A stretch of 63,922 bases of DNA, counting the filler, from Olpidium bornovanus S191 (Eukaryota > Fungi > Olpidiomycota), in NCBI GenBank assembly GCA_017911155.1. It is 25 parts of 25 records of this genome, joined end to end, with 100 filler letters (N's around TTAATTAATTAA, not from the genome) between each part and the next. Parts side by side here need not be neighbours in the genome. Positions count along the whole stretch, not along the records: positions 11,404 to 12,619 come from JAEFCI010005355.1; positions 12,720 to 16,740 come from JAEFCI010004305.1; positions 16,841 to 19,428 come from JAEFCI010003690.1; positions 19,529 to 20,868 come from JAEFCI010004208.1; positions 20,969 to 22,252 come from JAEFCI010013434.1; positions 22,353 to 24,248 come from JAEFCI010008723.1; 19 more parts are not named here. The stretch is one strand, 5' to 3'. This document shows positions 11,304 to 24,248 of this stretch, piece after piece. Position 1 is the first letter of the stretch. Each line of letters starts with the position of its first letter. A program made the translations under genes and the position numbers. The notes below the pieces were generated by a model. The model was not told the DNA's origin. It did not search any database and worked only from the letters and a program-made list of their open reading frames with translations.

Positions 11304-14300
11304 NNNNNNNNNNNNNNNNNNNNNNNNNNNNNNNNNNNNNNNNNNNNTTAATTAATTAANNNNNNNNNNNNNNNNNNNNNNNNNNNNNNNNNNNNNNNNN
11401 NNNCCCCCCCCCCCGTTTCCCCCGGGGGGGGGGGGGGGGCCCCCCCCCCCCCCCCCCCCCCTCTTCTTCCCCAGACCGCCCCGCGCGCCGGGCGCAGGCG
11501 CGCTTGCCGGCAGGGAAACGGCGTGTGCGTCCGTGCACGTGTCGCGGGCTCCCACCTGACCAGGGCGGGGCACGAAAAAAGAAAAAACAAAAAAAAAAAA
11601 GAGAAAAAAAAAAACCTTCCCACCCGGAGGCGTGCAAGGGGGCGGTCCGCGTTCGCAGCGCGCCGCAGTTTGGCGAAGGCTCGCCGGCAGCGTCAAGAGC
11701 AAAGTGCTATCTCCCTTGCCCACACGCTCAGACCGACGTCCGGCCGGTGGCCACGCGCCGTAGCACAGGAGGGCCCGTGCGGCGGGCAAGCAACCGTGAC
11801 TGAGAGAGGCAGACAACGCACAACGCGTGATACTTGGTCTACTACCGCCGACACGCGTTCACGAAATGCGTGACGCCCAATCTGTGTAGGACGGAGTTCT
11901 GTGTCTCGGCGTTCGAGGTAAGCTTGCATCGTCCGGCGTCGGCAGGAACCTGGCCGAATGTGCTCTGGCCATATTGCACACGCGCGCGATAATCGCGCGC
12001 GCGGCGAAACCCGGTTAGTGCCGCACGGGTCGACCGATCGGCGGCGTCACGCTCGCAAAAGTATAGTAGACCTGTCAGCGCTTCTGCCGCAACCTACCGC
12101 TGGCTCAACCAGGAGGCTCTTCGGTACTCGCCGGCGTGTCGTTCGGACGGCGAAGCCCGCATGCTGCCCACGTCGCCGGACACCCTCCTGTACTCCCCGT
12201 GCATGTCCGTGATCCCAAATGCCCCAGACGCCGGAATTCCCTGCCCGCTAGGAAGCGCGGACGTCGACGAACTGACCGGCCGTCTCCGCGCGCCAGACGA
12301 AGGGTATCGCCCGGTATCCACGGACAGCAGCCCGGGGCCCGGGTCCCGGTGCTGTCCGGCCGAATTTGGCCGCCGGCGCTGCTGCGAGGCTTCGGCGGCG
12401 GAAGCGTCGAGGAAGACGGAGTGCGTGGACGCCGTCGCGCTTGCCGGCGAAAGGAAGCTTGCGTTGCTGCCCGAGGGCGGCGTCGCGTGGCGCAAAGACA
12501 TGCGCGGGGCGCCCTGAGTTTCGAGCCCCAGGCCGATGCCGTGCGTCGCATACGAGCCCGCGGCGGGGCTGAACTTGCGGTCTATGACCTCGTCCAGGAA
12601 TTCGCCGAGAGTCTGCGCGNNNNNNNNNNNNNNNNNNNNNNNNNNNNNNNNNNNNNNNNNNNNTTAATTAATTAANNNNNNNNNNNNNNNNNNNNNNNNN
12701 NNNNNNNNNNNNNNNNNNNCATGAGAAGCCCGGTCCTGGCTGGTTCTAGACTCCTTTGAAAGGCTTCTTCAGAAGCTACAGAATGACATAAAAACCATCC
12801 AAATCAGATTAGTTTTCACCAAGATCCAAGTGTTACAAATCCTAGGCCATCATTACGCTACACACCATAGCAACCGGCTCATAAGTCATTATTGTACAAT
12901 AATCGTGCGCTGCGTCCTGCTCTAGCTGGCCGTTTCAACGGCTCGAGGTCTTCTGTAGCGGTGTTGGCTGCAGAAAGCCGTGTGTGTGTGACAGCGCGTG
13001 TAGCTGGCGGGGCATGCATGCGCAATCTTTATAAACTGGCAGCACGATCCAAGTAGTGCAGATGACTTTGGTGTGTGATTTGGCGTGTGAAGCTGGCAGG
13101 GCATTCCCGTACATGTAACCTTTGTAAGCTGGCAGTGTGATCGAAGCAGTTAGAAGTCTTTTCCTGAGAACTGAGGAGATGTGCCCGGTTGCCAGAACAC
13201 TTCCATGCAGTCGATGGGCAACCCGTCACGGCTGTTTGGTTGGTGCATTCTTCTGCCGCGGAGGTGGCTTCATGCGACCTCTGCGTATGTGTCAGCGTAT
13301 GAAGCTGGCGGGGCCAGGGCACCGTAATAGAGAAGCTGCTTGCAAACCATATCGGGTCAGGTTGCGTGCCTAACGGCGGCCGCATCCTTTTTCTTCCACG
13401 TGCTCCAAAAAGCACTACGACGACATCCCATAAACTCTGCTGCACACGGAGAACATTATCGGCCATGTTATGGCCTGCTCAGGGCTCAGATCAAAGCTGC
13501 GACCTGCGTTACATCGTCAGCCAGCACCGACGCATAGTGCGGTAAGCAGCGGCCAGAAAGTGTTTTCCGTCTTTCGATGGTAAAGCACGCAACTCCACTT
13601 TGCTCGCGTCACGGCAGTTGTAGCAGAGTAGACACATCGTAGGGCGCATGGAAATTCCGCGAGTGAGGTTCAACAAGGTCTGTACACGGATAACCGCATC
13701 AAATTGGACATTCTTCAAAAGCATGGACGATGATGAAGTTTTTGCTTGGGAGGCTGCGCCTCTTGATGGACGTACCTCAGGGCACTGATATGGGCCTGCC
13801 GTCGCAGCAGCGTTTGACTCGTTTTTGCCCATGCTGGGGGCTTTCGAAGGTGTGCGTCTTGCCAATCATGGAAGACGAAAAACTGAAATCCTCTGCGGTG
13901 CTGGCTCCGCCGGGTGGCTTTTGGAACATGTCGGATTTTGATAAGAAACGCACCGCTTCTGGTGCGACGCAACCCGACCACCCAGCCCGCCTTGCGCGCT
14001 GGGATGAAAGGGTCCGCAGGACGTTCCCTGAGACGAACGCGACAAAGGCTGGAAGCGGCCTTTCGGCGGAACCTTTTCGGCAACCCCGCCGCCGTGCGGA
14101 TCATCCACCTGAGCACGGCCGCGGTGGGGCGTTGAGCCTGGGCGGCGAGAAGTGAGGTTCAAGCGAATCTGAACTTCCAGCGCTCCTCTCACAAATCGTG
14201 CCTACGAGGGGTTCATCCTTCCGGCGAACGATACGCTCCCGATCGGGCGAGAGCCATCCGGTAACAACGCGCCGCCGTTTGTTCGCACGTGCCAGGCCGC

Positions 14301-14446
14301 GCGAGCTAAGCCAGTACCGGCGATCGGACTCTGATCCTCCTTCGTGCCGCCGGTGTCAAAAGCTGCTGTGGGAGACTGGGACCGACGGAGAGCCTCAGCC
14401 ACAGGAGTAATTTCTAAAAAGCGCAAAAGTCACACGCAACCTCGCT

Positions 14447-16740
14447 ATGACATGGCGGAATGTTCGACAGCCTTCGGCGACGGCTGCCGCCGCAGGACGG
14501 CTCGTTGAGTTATGCTGCCGGCCGGTGCTCGGCACCTTTGACGGGCGTGCCGCACATCCGCGCATTCGCAAAGATTGTTACGCGGGTAGACCATCTTTGC
14601 GATTAGAGGCATGCGGGCTGCGGCTGGGCTCACGGCAGTTTATGGTACGGTGGCAAGTGATTCGTTCAACCGCCGGGCTTCGGTACTTGCTGTTTGATTA
14701 CGCCACTTCCATCATTCTCCAGACGACGGCAAACAACCAGGATTCGCACGAGTATTACCTGTATAAAGACGATCACGGGCGATGTGAGCCGACTTGAGTT
14801 TTGCGCTTTATCGCAGGTTTTTTTTTCTTGCAAGTAAGCTGAAACTTCGACATTGAAGCGTTTCGAGTCAACTTGGGAAAATCCAGGAATATCATAGGAG
14901 TACGCTCCACAAGAGGTGCGCCTCGACGTATCGTAATCCCATTACACCGTAATTCCACAGGAGGGACAATTGGTGAATCGATTATCCGTTCCGCTTTTGC
15001 ACGACAATTAGGATCTTGTGAGGGACCGAACGAGGACAGGTACAAGTCGGCGACGGTCTGGCTTGACGAAAAAGGCCAGAAGCATCAATGGCTATACCTC
15101 GGAGTCTTTGACGGGTAAAGTGACAAATGGTGTCGCATATGCGACGCCCCAGGCCGCTGGCGGCGACCATTATGCAAGAACATCACAAATGTATTGCATC
15201 GTGCAGGCACGGCGGATCGCATGCAAGCGATTTTGCTACGGCGAATCTGCATTTCTACCTCGAGAAGTGCCGGGCGGAAGATTACAGAGACGTCTTGTGT
15301 TACTTCCGCAGGAGGATGGGCGGCGAATGGGCGAACTTCCGATCTCAGTATCTCGAGCGGCTGGATCGTGCGATGCCGACAGAACCACTCCCGGCCACGG
15401 AGTTGACGATCGAGGAGAGGGCCACGTTGGCCTTCCTGCGAGCGGATGTCGACTTCCTGCAGACGGAGGCCGCGACGGCCGGCCAAGGCTCCACAGCTTC
15501 GGTTTGCCTCGCCCGCGGTGCTGATGACGATCCCGTCTGGGCATGCCGCAAGCTGATCCTGTATGTCGCCCACGTGGGCGACAGCAAGGTCGTCCTCGCG
15601 AATTCCGATGGGCTCGCGGTGCCCCTGACCCGCGACCACCACGCCGATCTTCCCGAGGAGCGCGAGCGCCTGCAACGTTACGGCGACGTCGTCGTCGCTG
15701 ATAGCCTAGGCGACTTACGCGTCGCCGGCCTGTCCAATACTCGTTCCCTCGGCGACAAGCAGGCAAAGATACTTGGTGTCTTGTCCGAGCCCGAGCTCAC
15801 AAAGTTTGAGGCCGACGCCACTGAACTCGGGTTCGTTTGCCTGGTCAGCGACGGGATCACAAACGTGTTGAGTGACCAAGAAATTGTCGATGTGGTACGT
15901 TCTCGACAGTCCGGCTTGGGTTATGGCGTGCGGGCATCCTGCTCCTGGTGCGAGGGGGGTTATTCGATGTTCTTTCCGCTCAGATCAAGCAATGCGCGGA
16001 CCCAACTTCTGCAGCAATACATCTGGTGGACGTCGCAGACCAGGTACGCGCGCTTGCAATCTATACGGTACCGCGTAGATTCCCGTGCAAAAACCTCACG
16101 CATACGGCACCTGTTGAAGTTTGGGTCAGGAGATAACCAGACAGCGCTTGTATGTGGCGGGGACCATTCGACATGCTGTGCGCACGTTGGCGATAGCCGG
16201 GTTGCGCTAATATGGATCTCGGCTGGCGAAACATAGGTGCTGCGATTACCCGGCTGGGGACGGCCAACACCGGATTATACTCTGAACACGAGAAAGACGA
16301 GGGTGCAGGGTCGGAGCGTAAAGTCGTCGGACGGCCGCAGTGGGAAATACGCCTACGAGGACGTGGCGGCAATGGATGCGCTACGCGAGGACGTCTTGAC
16401 GAAGGCCTTTTCCCCGCCGGACGGGGCAGGAGGTCGCGACGAGGCGCTGCAGCTAACGGAAAGGCAGATCTTGGACGGCATCAACGCTCAGGGAGTCCGG
16501 CTTGTGGTCGACACGGGCGTACTTCCTAGCGAAGACGATGATGTGGACTCCGAGGGCCACGAAAGCAAGGGCAGCGATGAGCCGGCGCCGCCGACGCCGA
16601 CCGTCCCCGAGAAAAAGCGCATGGACAACAGGAACATCGTCCATCTGCTCTTCTCGGTGCTTGGAAAGGCTGGGTATGTCTCCTTGGGACACGCCCAACC
16701 CCCTGCCGACGAGCGCAGGCTTACCCTCCAGGAGGCAAGG
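14447..16740 (+). CDS. PTC6: PP2C phosphatase, Ptc6-like (multi-exon, 3' partial)
   Basis: NEDRY, LGVFDG-HGG, GSTASV, YVAHVGDSK, LTRDHH, NTRSLGD, LVSDGIT, GDNQTAL + intron + VLRLPGWG; the EERATLAFLRAD and RLPGWG segments are typical of the Ptc6 clade. Confidence 0.85.
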
Positions 16741-16840
16741 NNNNNNNNNNNNNNNNNNNNNNNNNNNNNNNNNNNNNNNNNNNNTTAATTAATTAANNNN
16801 NNNNNNNNNNNNNNNNNNNNNNNNNNNNNNNNNNNNNNNN

Positions 16841-18668
16841 CATGCGCGCGCTCCCGCGTTCTTCTGCAACTGACCCTGTTCTCGCCCTTCACTTGCATTC
16901 TGCCGACGCGGACAACGGGCCTCCGCGTCTGCACCTTGAACCACGCACCTGCCGTGAGGCGATTGCACGCCCCGATGGTGCCCAATGCGACGCGTCAATG
17001 AGAAAGGAGTTGGCCGCCCTACGAGCCAACGGTGTAATTGATCTCATCACCCTGTCTCGCGATGTCCGTCCCGTCACCGGCAAATGGGTTTTCAGATACA
17101 AACGTCGCCCTGACGGTGTCATCACTTCTTACAAATCCCGCTACGTCGCACGCGGGTACACGCAGCGGAAACATGGCGATTATGAGGAAACATACTCACC
17201 TGTGATATCCTTCCCGACTGGTCCCTACGCTCTCTCGATTTCATTACCGCTTACCTAAATTCCCCCTTGGACTGACCCATCTACATCCGACAGATCGAAG
17301 GATACGAAGAATTTCCTGGCGACGACACGAAGGGCTACCTCCTCCGCAAAGCCCTGTACGGGCTGAAACAATCCGCGCGTTGTTGGAACGCTGATTTGGA
17401 GGCTACCCTCCGCCGACTCGGCTTCCACCCTGTTCGCGCCAAACCATGCTTATACATTCTACGAGGCGCGCCCCTCTCGACGCACGGGGGGGCACGGACT
17501 CAGACTGGCGCTGATAGTGACGCCGAGAAGCCCGCACCCCCCGATGAGTCCGATGACAATTCTTCGTTTCCTGAATTTGAATTTCCTGAATTTCCTGAAT
17601 TTGGGCGCACCAATCCCGAACTCCCGCCCTTTTCTACCATTTCCGTTTTACTTTGCACATGGGTCGACGACATTGTGCTCACGGGTCCCGCTCCCGCCAT
17701 TCTCAATTCTGTCGCTCGTGCACTCCATGACACGTTTCCTTTGTCGGACGGCAGAGCCCTCACACACATCCTCGGGATAGAAATGCTCCGCGACCGCAAC
17801 GCCAACATTTTCCTCGCCCAGCGACAGTACATCGAACACGTCCTGACCGGTTCAACCACACCAGCTGTCATGCCGATCCCCTTCCACTCGATCCATCCGC
17901 CATTTCCACCCTAACACAGCGGACAGATGTTGCCCCAGCAGCCGAAAAAACACGGTATGCCGAACTAATCGGTTCCCTCATTTACCGGACTACGAACGCC
18001 TGCGGAGCAAAGGGGGTGCTCCAGAGCCCCGACTACCTCCATTCGTGGCGCCACAACGGCTGCCGCGCATACTGCGCTACCTTCGCGGCACGGCAGAATA
18101 CGGACTCTGTTTCCCACGGGCGCAGTTCACCGACACCGTACCACACATTTGCGCGTACGTTGATAGCGACTGGGCCTCAGCTGTCAACGACAGAAAATCA
18201 ATTTCCGGATACATCATCCAATTAGGCGCCCGCAACACAGACCCCGACCGCCCAAAATCCTCCTGCGCATCTGTCATTTGGCGCATCGGCAAGCAGCCAT
18301 GTATTGCGCAGTCTTCCACAGAAGCAGAGGTGATTGCGGCGTCAGAGGACTGTCAGGAAATCTCGTGGTTCTGGCATATCAGCGAAGACATCCTCGGCGA
18401 TCGCAGCCCAGTCCCAATTTACATCGAAAACTACGGCGCGATTGACATCGCAAAAGACAAGCATAGAATTAATAAACGCTCAAAGCATATCGACGTCCGG
18501 CATCTTTACGTCGGCACAGCCGCATCAGATAGAAAAATCCTTCCAATCGCCATCCCGTCAAAGGACAACGTCGCCGATATGTTCACTAAAGGTCTCCCGC
18601 CCCCCAGCGTTGAGCGCCATCGACTCGCCATCGGGGGCGCCCCCGCACCATACAACGAGACCACGTGA
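16841..18668 (+). mobile_element. Degenerate Ty1/copia pol (RT + RNase H)
   Basis: EPRT..EA, KWVFRYK, YKSRYVARGYTQ, DFITAYLN, RKALYGLKQSAR.W, WVDDI, ILRYLRGT, YVDSDWA, DRKSISGY, QSSTEAE, RSKHIDVRH, NVADMFTKGL; frameshifts, a deletion and a TGA at 17273. Confidence 0.95.
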
Positions 18669-19125
18669 GGCTCCGCCATCGACAAGGTGCCGTCGTGCGA
18701 GACACGAGCCGGAAATACTGCAAAACATAACCAAACAAAAAAAAATAAGAAAATTTTATTTTCCCTCCTTTTCGTCCCGATCTGTACCGCTCCAGACCAT
18801 TTTTCTTTTCCCCTTTTTCTTCCTTTCTTCTCCTGCTTCCCGTTTTCTTTCCGATCCGGACTTGCGTGGGGGTGTTGGAGCCTAAGTCCGTATCCCCGTC
18901 CCCGTACCTCTACCTGTACCTCTGTACATAGAACAGAACGCAACGCAGAACACAGAACAAAAATAAACCAAACACAACATAACCAAACCACAGAAGCGAC
19001 TGCGGCAGGGGGCGCGCGCGGCTACCGCCGGAAAGGGTCACCAGGCGAGTGGAGGCGAACGACCGCCCCCAGGATTCTGGGAGCCCGCGGCCGCCGCCGA
19101 AAGGGGGGGGGTCCTGAAGCCGCTT

Positions 19126-19428
19126 TTGGCGTCACGCGAGAACAGCCCTGCTGGTGTCACAAGCGCCACGGCGTCGACCGCGAAGGACAAGGAGACGAAG
19201 CCGACGTATACCCTGCAGGTCCAGGTGCAGAAAAAGGACCCGGAACAACTGGCTGTCGATGCGGTCCTCGGTGCCACCGTGACGGTCGATGTTGCGACCT
19301 TGTTGAACATGGTCCCTATATTTATGCTGTGGGCCATTGATCAGCAACTGAGGACCAAAAGGGTAGCTGTGCAAGCAGTGCGGCTTGAAGAGGGCGAGAC
19401 GGACACATCATTGGAGGCGGCGGACGCA
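19126..19428 (+). CDS. Hypothetical protein (3' partial)
   Basis: ATG-initiated ORF with normal composition running into the contig end; no recognised motif. Confidence 0.3.
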
Positions 19429-19647
19429 NNNNNNNNNNNNNNNNNNNNNNNNNNNNNNNNNNNNNNNNNNNNTTAATTAATTAANNNNNNNNNNNNNNNN
19501 NNNNNNNNNNNNNNNNNNNNNNNNNNNNAAAAAAAAAAAGAGAACAGAGAGGGCATAGGCACAAAACGCGCCGCGCCCGCGCCTGCAGGGGTGCATCAAC
19601 GGGGAGAAAAACAAAAAAAAAAACAAAAACAGCAAAAAAAACCGCAC

Positions 19648-20457
19648 CCTCCTTCCAACACTGAAACGCGGTTTGGCGTCCGCAAAGCCGCGTCTCCCGC
19701 TTCCCGGTCCCCTTTTGTCAGTTCCGCCTTCGCCTGCGCGAGGTGCGCCCTGACGGCCTCGTTGTATATCCTCGCCGCTTTCGGGCCGCGCACTTGGCTC
19801 AGCGCGCAGTGGACTTTCGTGGAGTCGGGCGGCCGGTGGGGGAAAGGGGGGGGGGTGGTTTGGTCCGGGTGAATGCCGGGAGGCATTTTGAAGCGGGCCG
19901 TCGCAAAGCGCAAAAGCCGGGGGGGCGACAAAGACTCACAGATCACGTGGGGGACCTTCGCGAACCGCTGCAGCAGGCTCGGGAGTCGATCGCAGAATCC
20001 AATCGAGGGCACGTTCAGCGCGGAAACGATGTGGCCGCCCTGGGGACCCGAGACGTTCCGCGACCTGCGAAGGTTACTTTTTTTTTTTTCCTGATCAGGC
20101 CGCCGGGGCGCCGGGCGGTCTACCGTCGGCTCTTTGCGGGGCACACGGTTTTTCTTTTCCAGTACCTACGCGGAAGTCGTCATCGCGCACGTCGATGATC
20201 TGATAGTCTTTCCTGCGGGCGGGATTGCGCGTGAGTCAATCGCAAGCCCGTGTGGGGACGGGCGGGGGTGAAGGGGAGGGGGGGGGGGGAAGGGGACGCA
20301 GCACAAGGAAAGAAAAAAAAGACGGAATCGCCGTGGGGGTTTGTTACCCTGGCTCGAGCTTGGCGTTGCGGATCAGCGCGCCGACGTCCTCCGGCATGAG
20401 GAACGCGACCGCCGCCGCGCTTCCGGGCGAGGGGGCGGCGGAGACGTCGGACGCCAT
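19648..20457 (-). CDS. YCH1: Cdc25-like rhodanese phosphatase / arsenate reductase (Ych1/Ibp1/Acr2 family), 3' partial
   Basis: Exons MASDVSAAP...MPEDVGALIR / KDYQIIDVRDDDF / GGHIVSALNVPS / HCALSQVRGPKAAR (HCx5R loop) ...VSVLEGG. Confidence 0.9.
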
Positions 20458-20523
20458 TGCGCTCCGTGACCACGGGCGGTGAGGGGAGGGGGGGGGGGGG
20501 GGGGGGCGGGGCGCCCTTGGGGG

Positions 20524-20567
<44 letters not shown>

Positions 20568-20758
20568 GGTGGGAGAAACGCGCGCTTCTCTGCGGGAGGC
20601 GGACGGGGGCGGGAGCGTAAGGGCGAACGGCGGCGGCGGCGTCGGCTGCGGCGGCGGGGGGGCAACTCGGGCGTTTTCACCGTGAGGGCGAGCTTTTCTT
20701 CTTTTCTTCGTCTATTTTATATATCCCCGCCGGGCGCGCAGGTTTTCGTCGGCGAGCG

Positions 20759-20797
<39 letters not shown>

Positions 20798-20802
20798 TGC
20801 GT

Positions 20803-20833
<31 letters not shown>

Positions 20834-22352
20834 GGGTAGAAATGTTCGTTTTTTTTTTTTTTTGTGTGNNNNNNNNNNNNNNNNNNNNNNNNNNNNNNNN
20901 NNNNNNNNNNNNTTAATTAATTAANNNNNNNNNNNNNNNNNNNNNNNNNNNNNNNNNNNNNNNNNNNNCATGGAGCAGGCATCGGATCCGGATTTGTGCC
21001 ACGGGCTGCCGCGGAGGCGCCGATATGGTTTGCTTCAGTACCAGACAGGGCAGTGCACGACTGCGTCTGTTATTGGGCCTGATTGCGATTAGCAGCCCGG
21101 TTAGGCTGGAGTAAGACGATGGCGGAGCGATTGCCCTGTAAGATTCTGTAAAAGCCTTAAACAAAGTGTAGATCCTCGAGTAACTGACGGATGTGGAGAA
21201 TGCCCGGGAGAAATTCGGCGAAGACTGTGAACTCGGCGATAGTGGCCGAAGTTGCCAGGGGTTGAATGACAACAATCGACGACTTTCAAAAGAAGGTTCG
21301 AATCACGTGGAACATTACGGAACAGCCCGCAAATCTTTACCACGTTCGATAAGTTGCGAAGAAAAATTAGGATAATTCTCAAGTGTGCCAGACCATTTGC
21401 GCCAAAGGGTTTGCAGTTCGATCTTTTTTGTTGTTCTTTTCTTCGTCTTTTCTGCCACGTTCCGGTTTCCGGCCGCGGTAAAAAATATTGCTTCGCGTAG
21501 GTCACCGTCCCTACTCTGCTTCACCAGCTGGTTTCTCGCTGTCGGTATATATAGTCTCTTCAGTTTCCGTATGTTCATCTGGGACTTCATCCTCGACGAC
21601 AATTCCGTTTTTACGGTTGTTCTGGGACCGACTGCAGGTAGATCCAGCAAACGGGGAGGGGAGGGAGGGTTGTCGAAAAGGGGGAGATTGAACACCGCGC
21701 CAAACCCTGTTTCACTCCGTACGTTTCGCCCCTGAAACGCCTCTGTAAAAGTAGCGTAGGCGCGGAGAGCTCCTACAAATCCCGAAAAATTCCCCCGAAT
21801 CCTACAAGGGTCTCTTGGGGAGGGGAAAGGAAGGGGGAGGGGAGGGGGGTTTTTCCGACGCCTGCGGACAGCAGCTGAATTTGTCCTCGGCGGAATGCTT
21901 CCGATGCCACATGAAGGGCGCACTACGGGCTTGACTGGCCGAAGGGGTCGTTTTCAAATGGCAAATACCGCCGTCAAAGTTCGAAAAGATACGGACCTCC
22001 CCGAAATGACAAAAAGAAAACGAAGTACTGCAGAGTTGCGTTTGTGCTGCCCCGAAGGTGCAGAGCGCGAGGCAGGGCGCGACGAGCCCGAGGCCCCGCT
22101 CTCGCAGTTTTTTTTTTTTTTAGAAAAAAGCTCTCAAACCCGAGGCCCCGCTCTCGCAGTTTTTTTTTTTTTTTAAAAAAAAGCTCTCAAAAACCCGCTT
22201 TTTCGAGCTGCGGCAAGGCCGGGGTGTGTGTGTGTGTGTGGGGGGGGGGTGGNNNNNNNNNNNNNNNNNNNNNNNNNNNNNNNNNNNNNNNNNNNNTTAA
22301 TTAATTAANNNNNNNNNNNNNNNNNNNNNNNNNNNNNNNNNNNNNNNNNNNN

Positions 22353-24248
22353 CATGCCGCCCAGCATACCCGTCGGAGACACCGCGTACGGGTACGCGGA
22401 AACTGACGACGGGGAGTTGAAGGCGAGGAAACCGCCAAAAATAGATCGGACGGTGCGTCGAGGTTTTCGAAAATTTCGACGGGGCGGGATCCTCGCCGCC
22501 GCCGTTTGTGATTCGAAGTACTGATTGGTGGGATTACCAAATCCCAGCGAGGTCCGGCATTCTATAATCCCAACGCTGGCTTCGCGGAAGAAAGCAGGAC
22601 AATGAAGCGCGGGCCAAAATTCTCCCCATCAGAAGTAGAGCGTCTCACGTTTAAAAAGACGGACACTCCAGGACCAGGTGCGGATCAGCGTTTTACTTGC
22701 CCGCGCAGATGTGACTTGCGGGCGGTTCAGTTCGGTTTGAGGAGAACGGCATCATGCTGAAATCTCAAGGTACTCGACCCGACCGTCATGCGCAGCAAGT
22801 TACGAAACCGTTTCCCTCGACCAGGCATTTTCCGTGCGAGTGTCACCCGAGTCGCGGGCCGCAAAAGACTCGCGGCGGTTTGGCGAGTTGGTCATCGCGG
22901 AAGAGAAAAAGAAGTCGGTCCCTGGACCTGGGGCGTACAGTGTTCGGAGCGATTTCGAACAGAAAATTGCAAAGAAGCGGGGCCCATCCTTTGGTACGGT
23001 TACAACCAGACGCCTGGCAGTCGAGCCCGCGACGTTTGACTGCACTAGCATCCGAAAAATCCGCTGATCAATTTTCCATTTACCGTTAAATCGACCTCCG
23101 TCTCGTCCTCTTTCCCCGGCGACGTGCTTACAGGCGCATCAAAAGCCGACCGTTTCGCCGGCCGATCGAGTTCTTTCCCGGGCCAAGGGCGGGAAGGCTG
23201 TCTCGGCACGGCCGTTGAAACCCCGGGTCCCGGCGCCTACTCCCCCTCCCTGCAGGATGGAAACCGGAAACTGCCGGGAAAGTTTTCACCGCCCCGATGC
23301 CACGCCGAGGTCGAAGTCAACAATTCGATCTCGCCTGGACCGGCGGCCTATAGCCCCGATGACGTGGGTGGAGCAGGGGTCAGGTACCCCGGTGGAATGT
23401 CACCTCGTCGACGTGCCCCGTGGTGTTCACATTTGTCGCCTTGCCTGCTCGATAGACTCTTGTGCGACGCGGAGGTCACGCTTCACGGCGCGGAAGAGAT
23501 AGTGGCAAGGCGTTCGGCTCGCTGACGGATCGTTTCCGTACCTACAAACTCGTAAGTACTTTCCCCCCTCAGCAGCATTGTGAACAGAGGACCTTTAGAC
23601 ATGGTGCTCCGGAGGGGGTCATCTGATTTGACGCTACCGTTCACAGAAGCAAGAACCCGGTCCCGGGACCTACGAGGTCTCCGAACCGCTGGGATCGCCG
23701 TCGGCAAGTGGAAAGCAGGGAGCAGCTAGGGTAGGACGGAAACTGTGGTCTACCAAGAAGACACACGGGCAACTCCACCGGACAGGCCTCTCGGGGCTGA
23801 GCACCGAGCTGGCGGAGCTCGCGAAGCAGCGCTACGGGACACAAACGGTTCCGGTCTTTGGATCAGGGATGAAGCGGTTTGAGTCCGCGCCTAATTTTGG
23901 TAAGTACCATGACCCGCGAGAGTGGCAGACGGAATCAAAGAGCAGACGGCGGAAACCGGCGGAATAATTGTCCGGCGGCCGATTGTTCACCACCCGCGTG
24001 CACATATGATGCCAACGCTGCCAATTCTCAGACGTGCCACCCCCGGGAGCTTATAACACCATGACGGCGTTCAAGAATGCCGCTGCGCACGGACGCTCGT
24101 CTGTGAGCCAGCGGTACCAGTCGCCAGTGAGCCGTACGCCCAGAGTGCCCTTTAATATCACCGCGGACGTACCTGGCCCTGGCAAATACGAACCCAAGGT
24201 CCCAGAGCAGCACACGTCGCTGCGGCGGGACGACGGGACGTTCCTGAC
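22353..24248 (+). CDS. Sperm-tail PG-rich (SHIPPO) repeat protein, STPG/ODF3-like (partial, multi-exon)
   Basis: Repeated P-G-P-G-x-Y units: TPGPG, VPGPGAYS, TPGPGAYSP, SPGPAAYSP, NPVPGTYE, PPPGAYNT, VPGPGKYEP. Confidence 0.8.

Noticed and set aside
11404-12619. Possible gene in this contig
   Set aside because: Several overlapping GC-rich ORFs with no recognisable motif; no frame can be supported.
22089-22195. 52-bp tandem duplication
   Set aside because: Units differ only in homopolymer length and lie at a contig end; likely an assembly artefact.
20969-22252. Possible spliced minus-strand gene
   Set aside because: Exon-like fragments are present but no family could be recognised.
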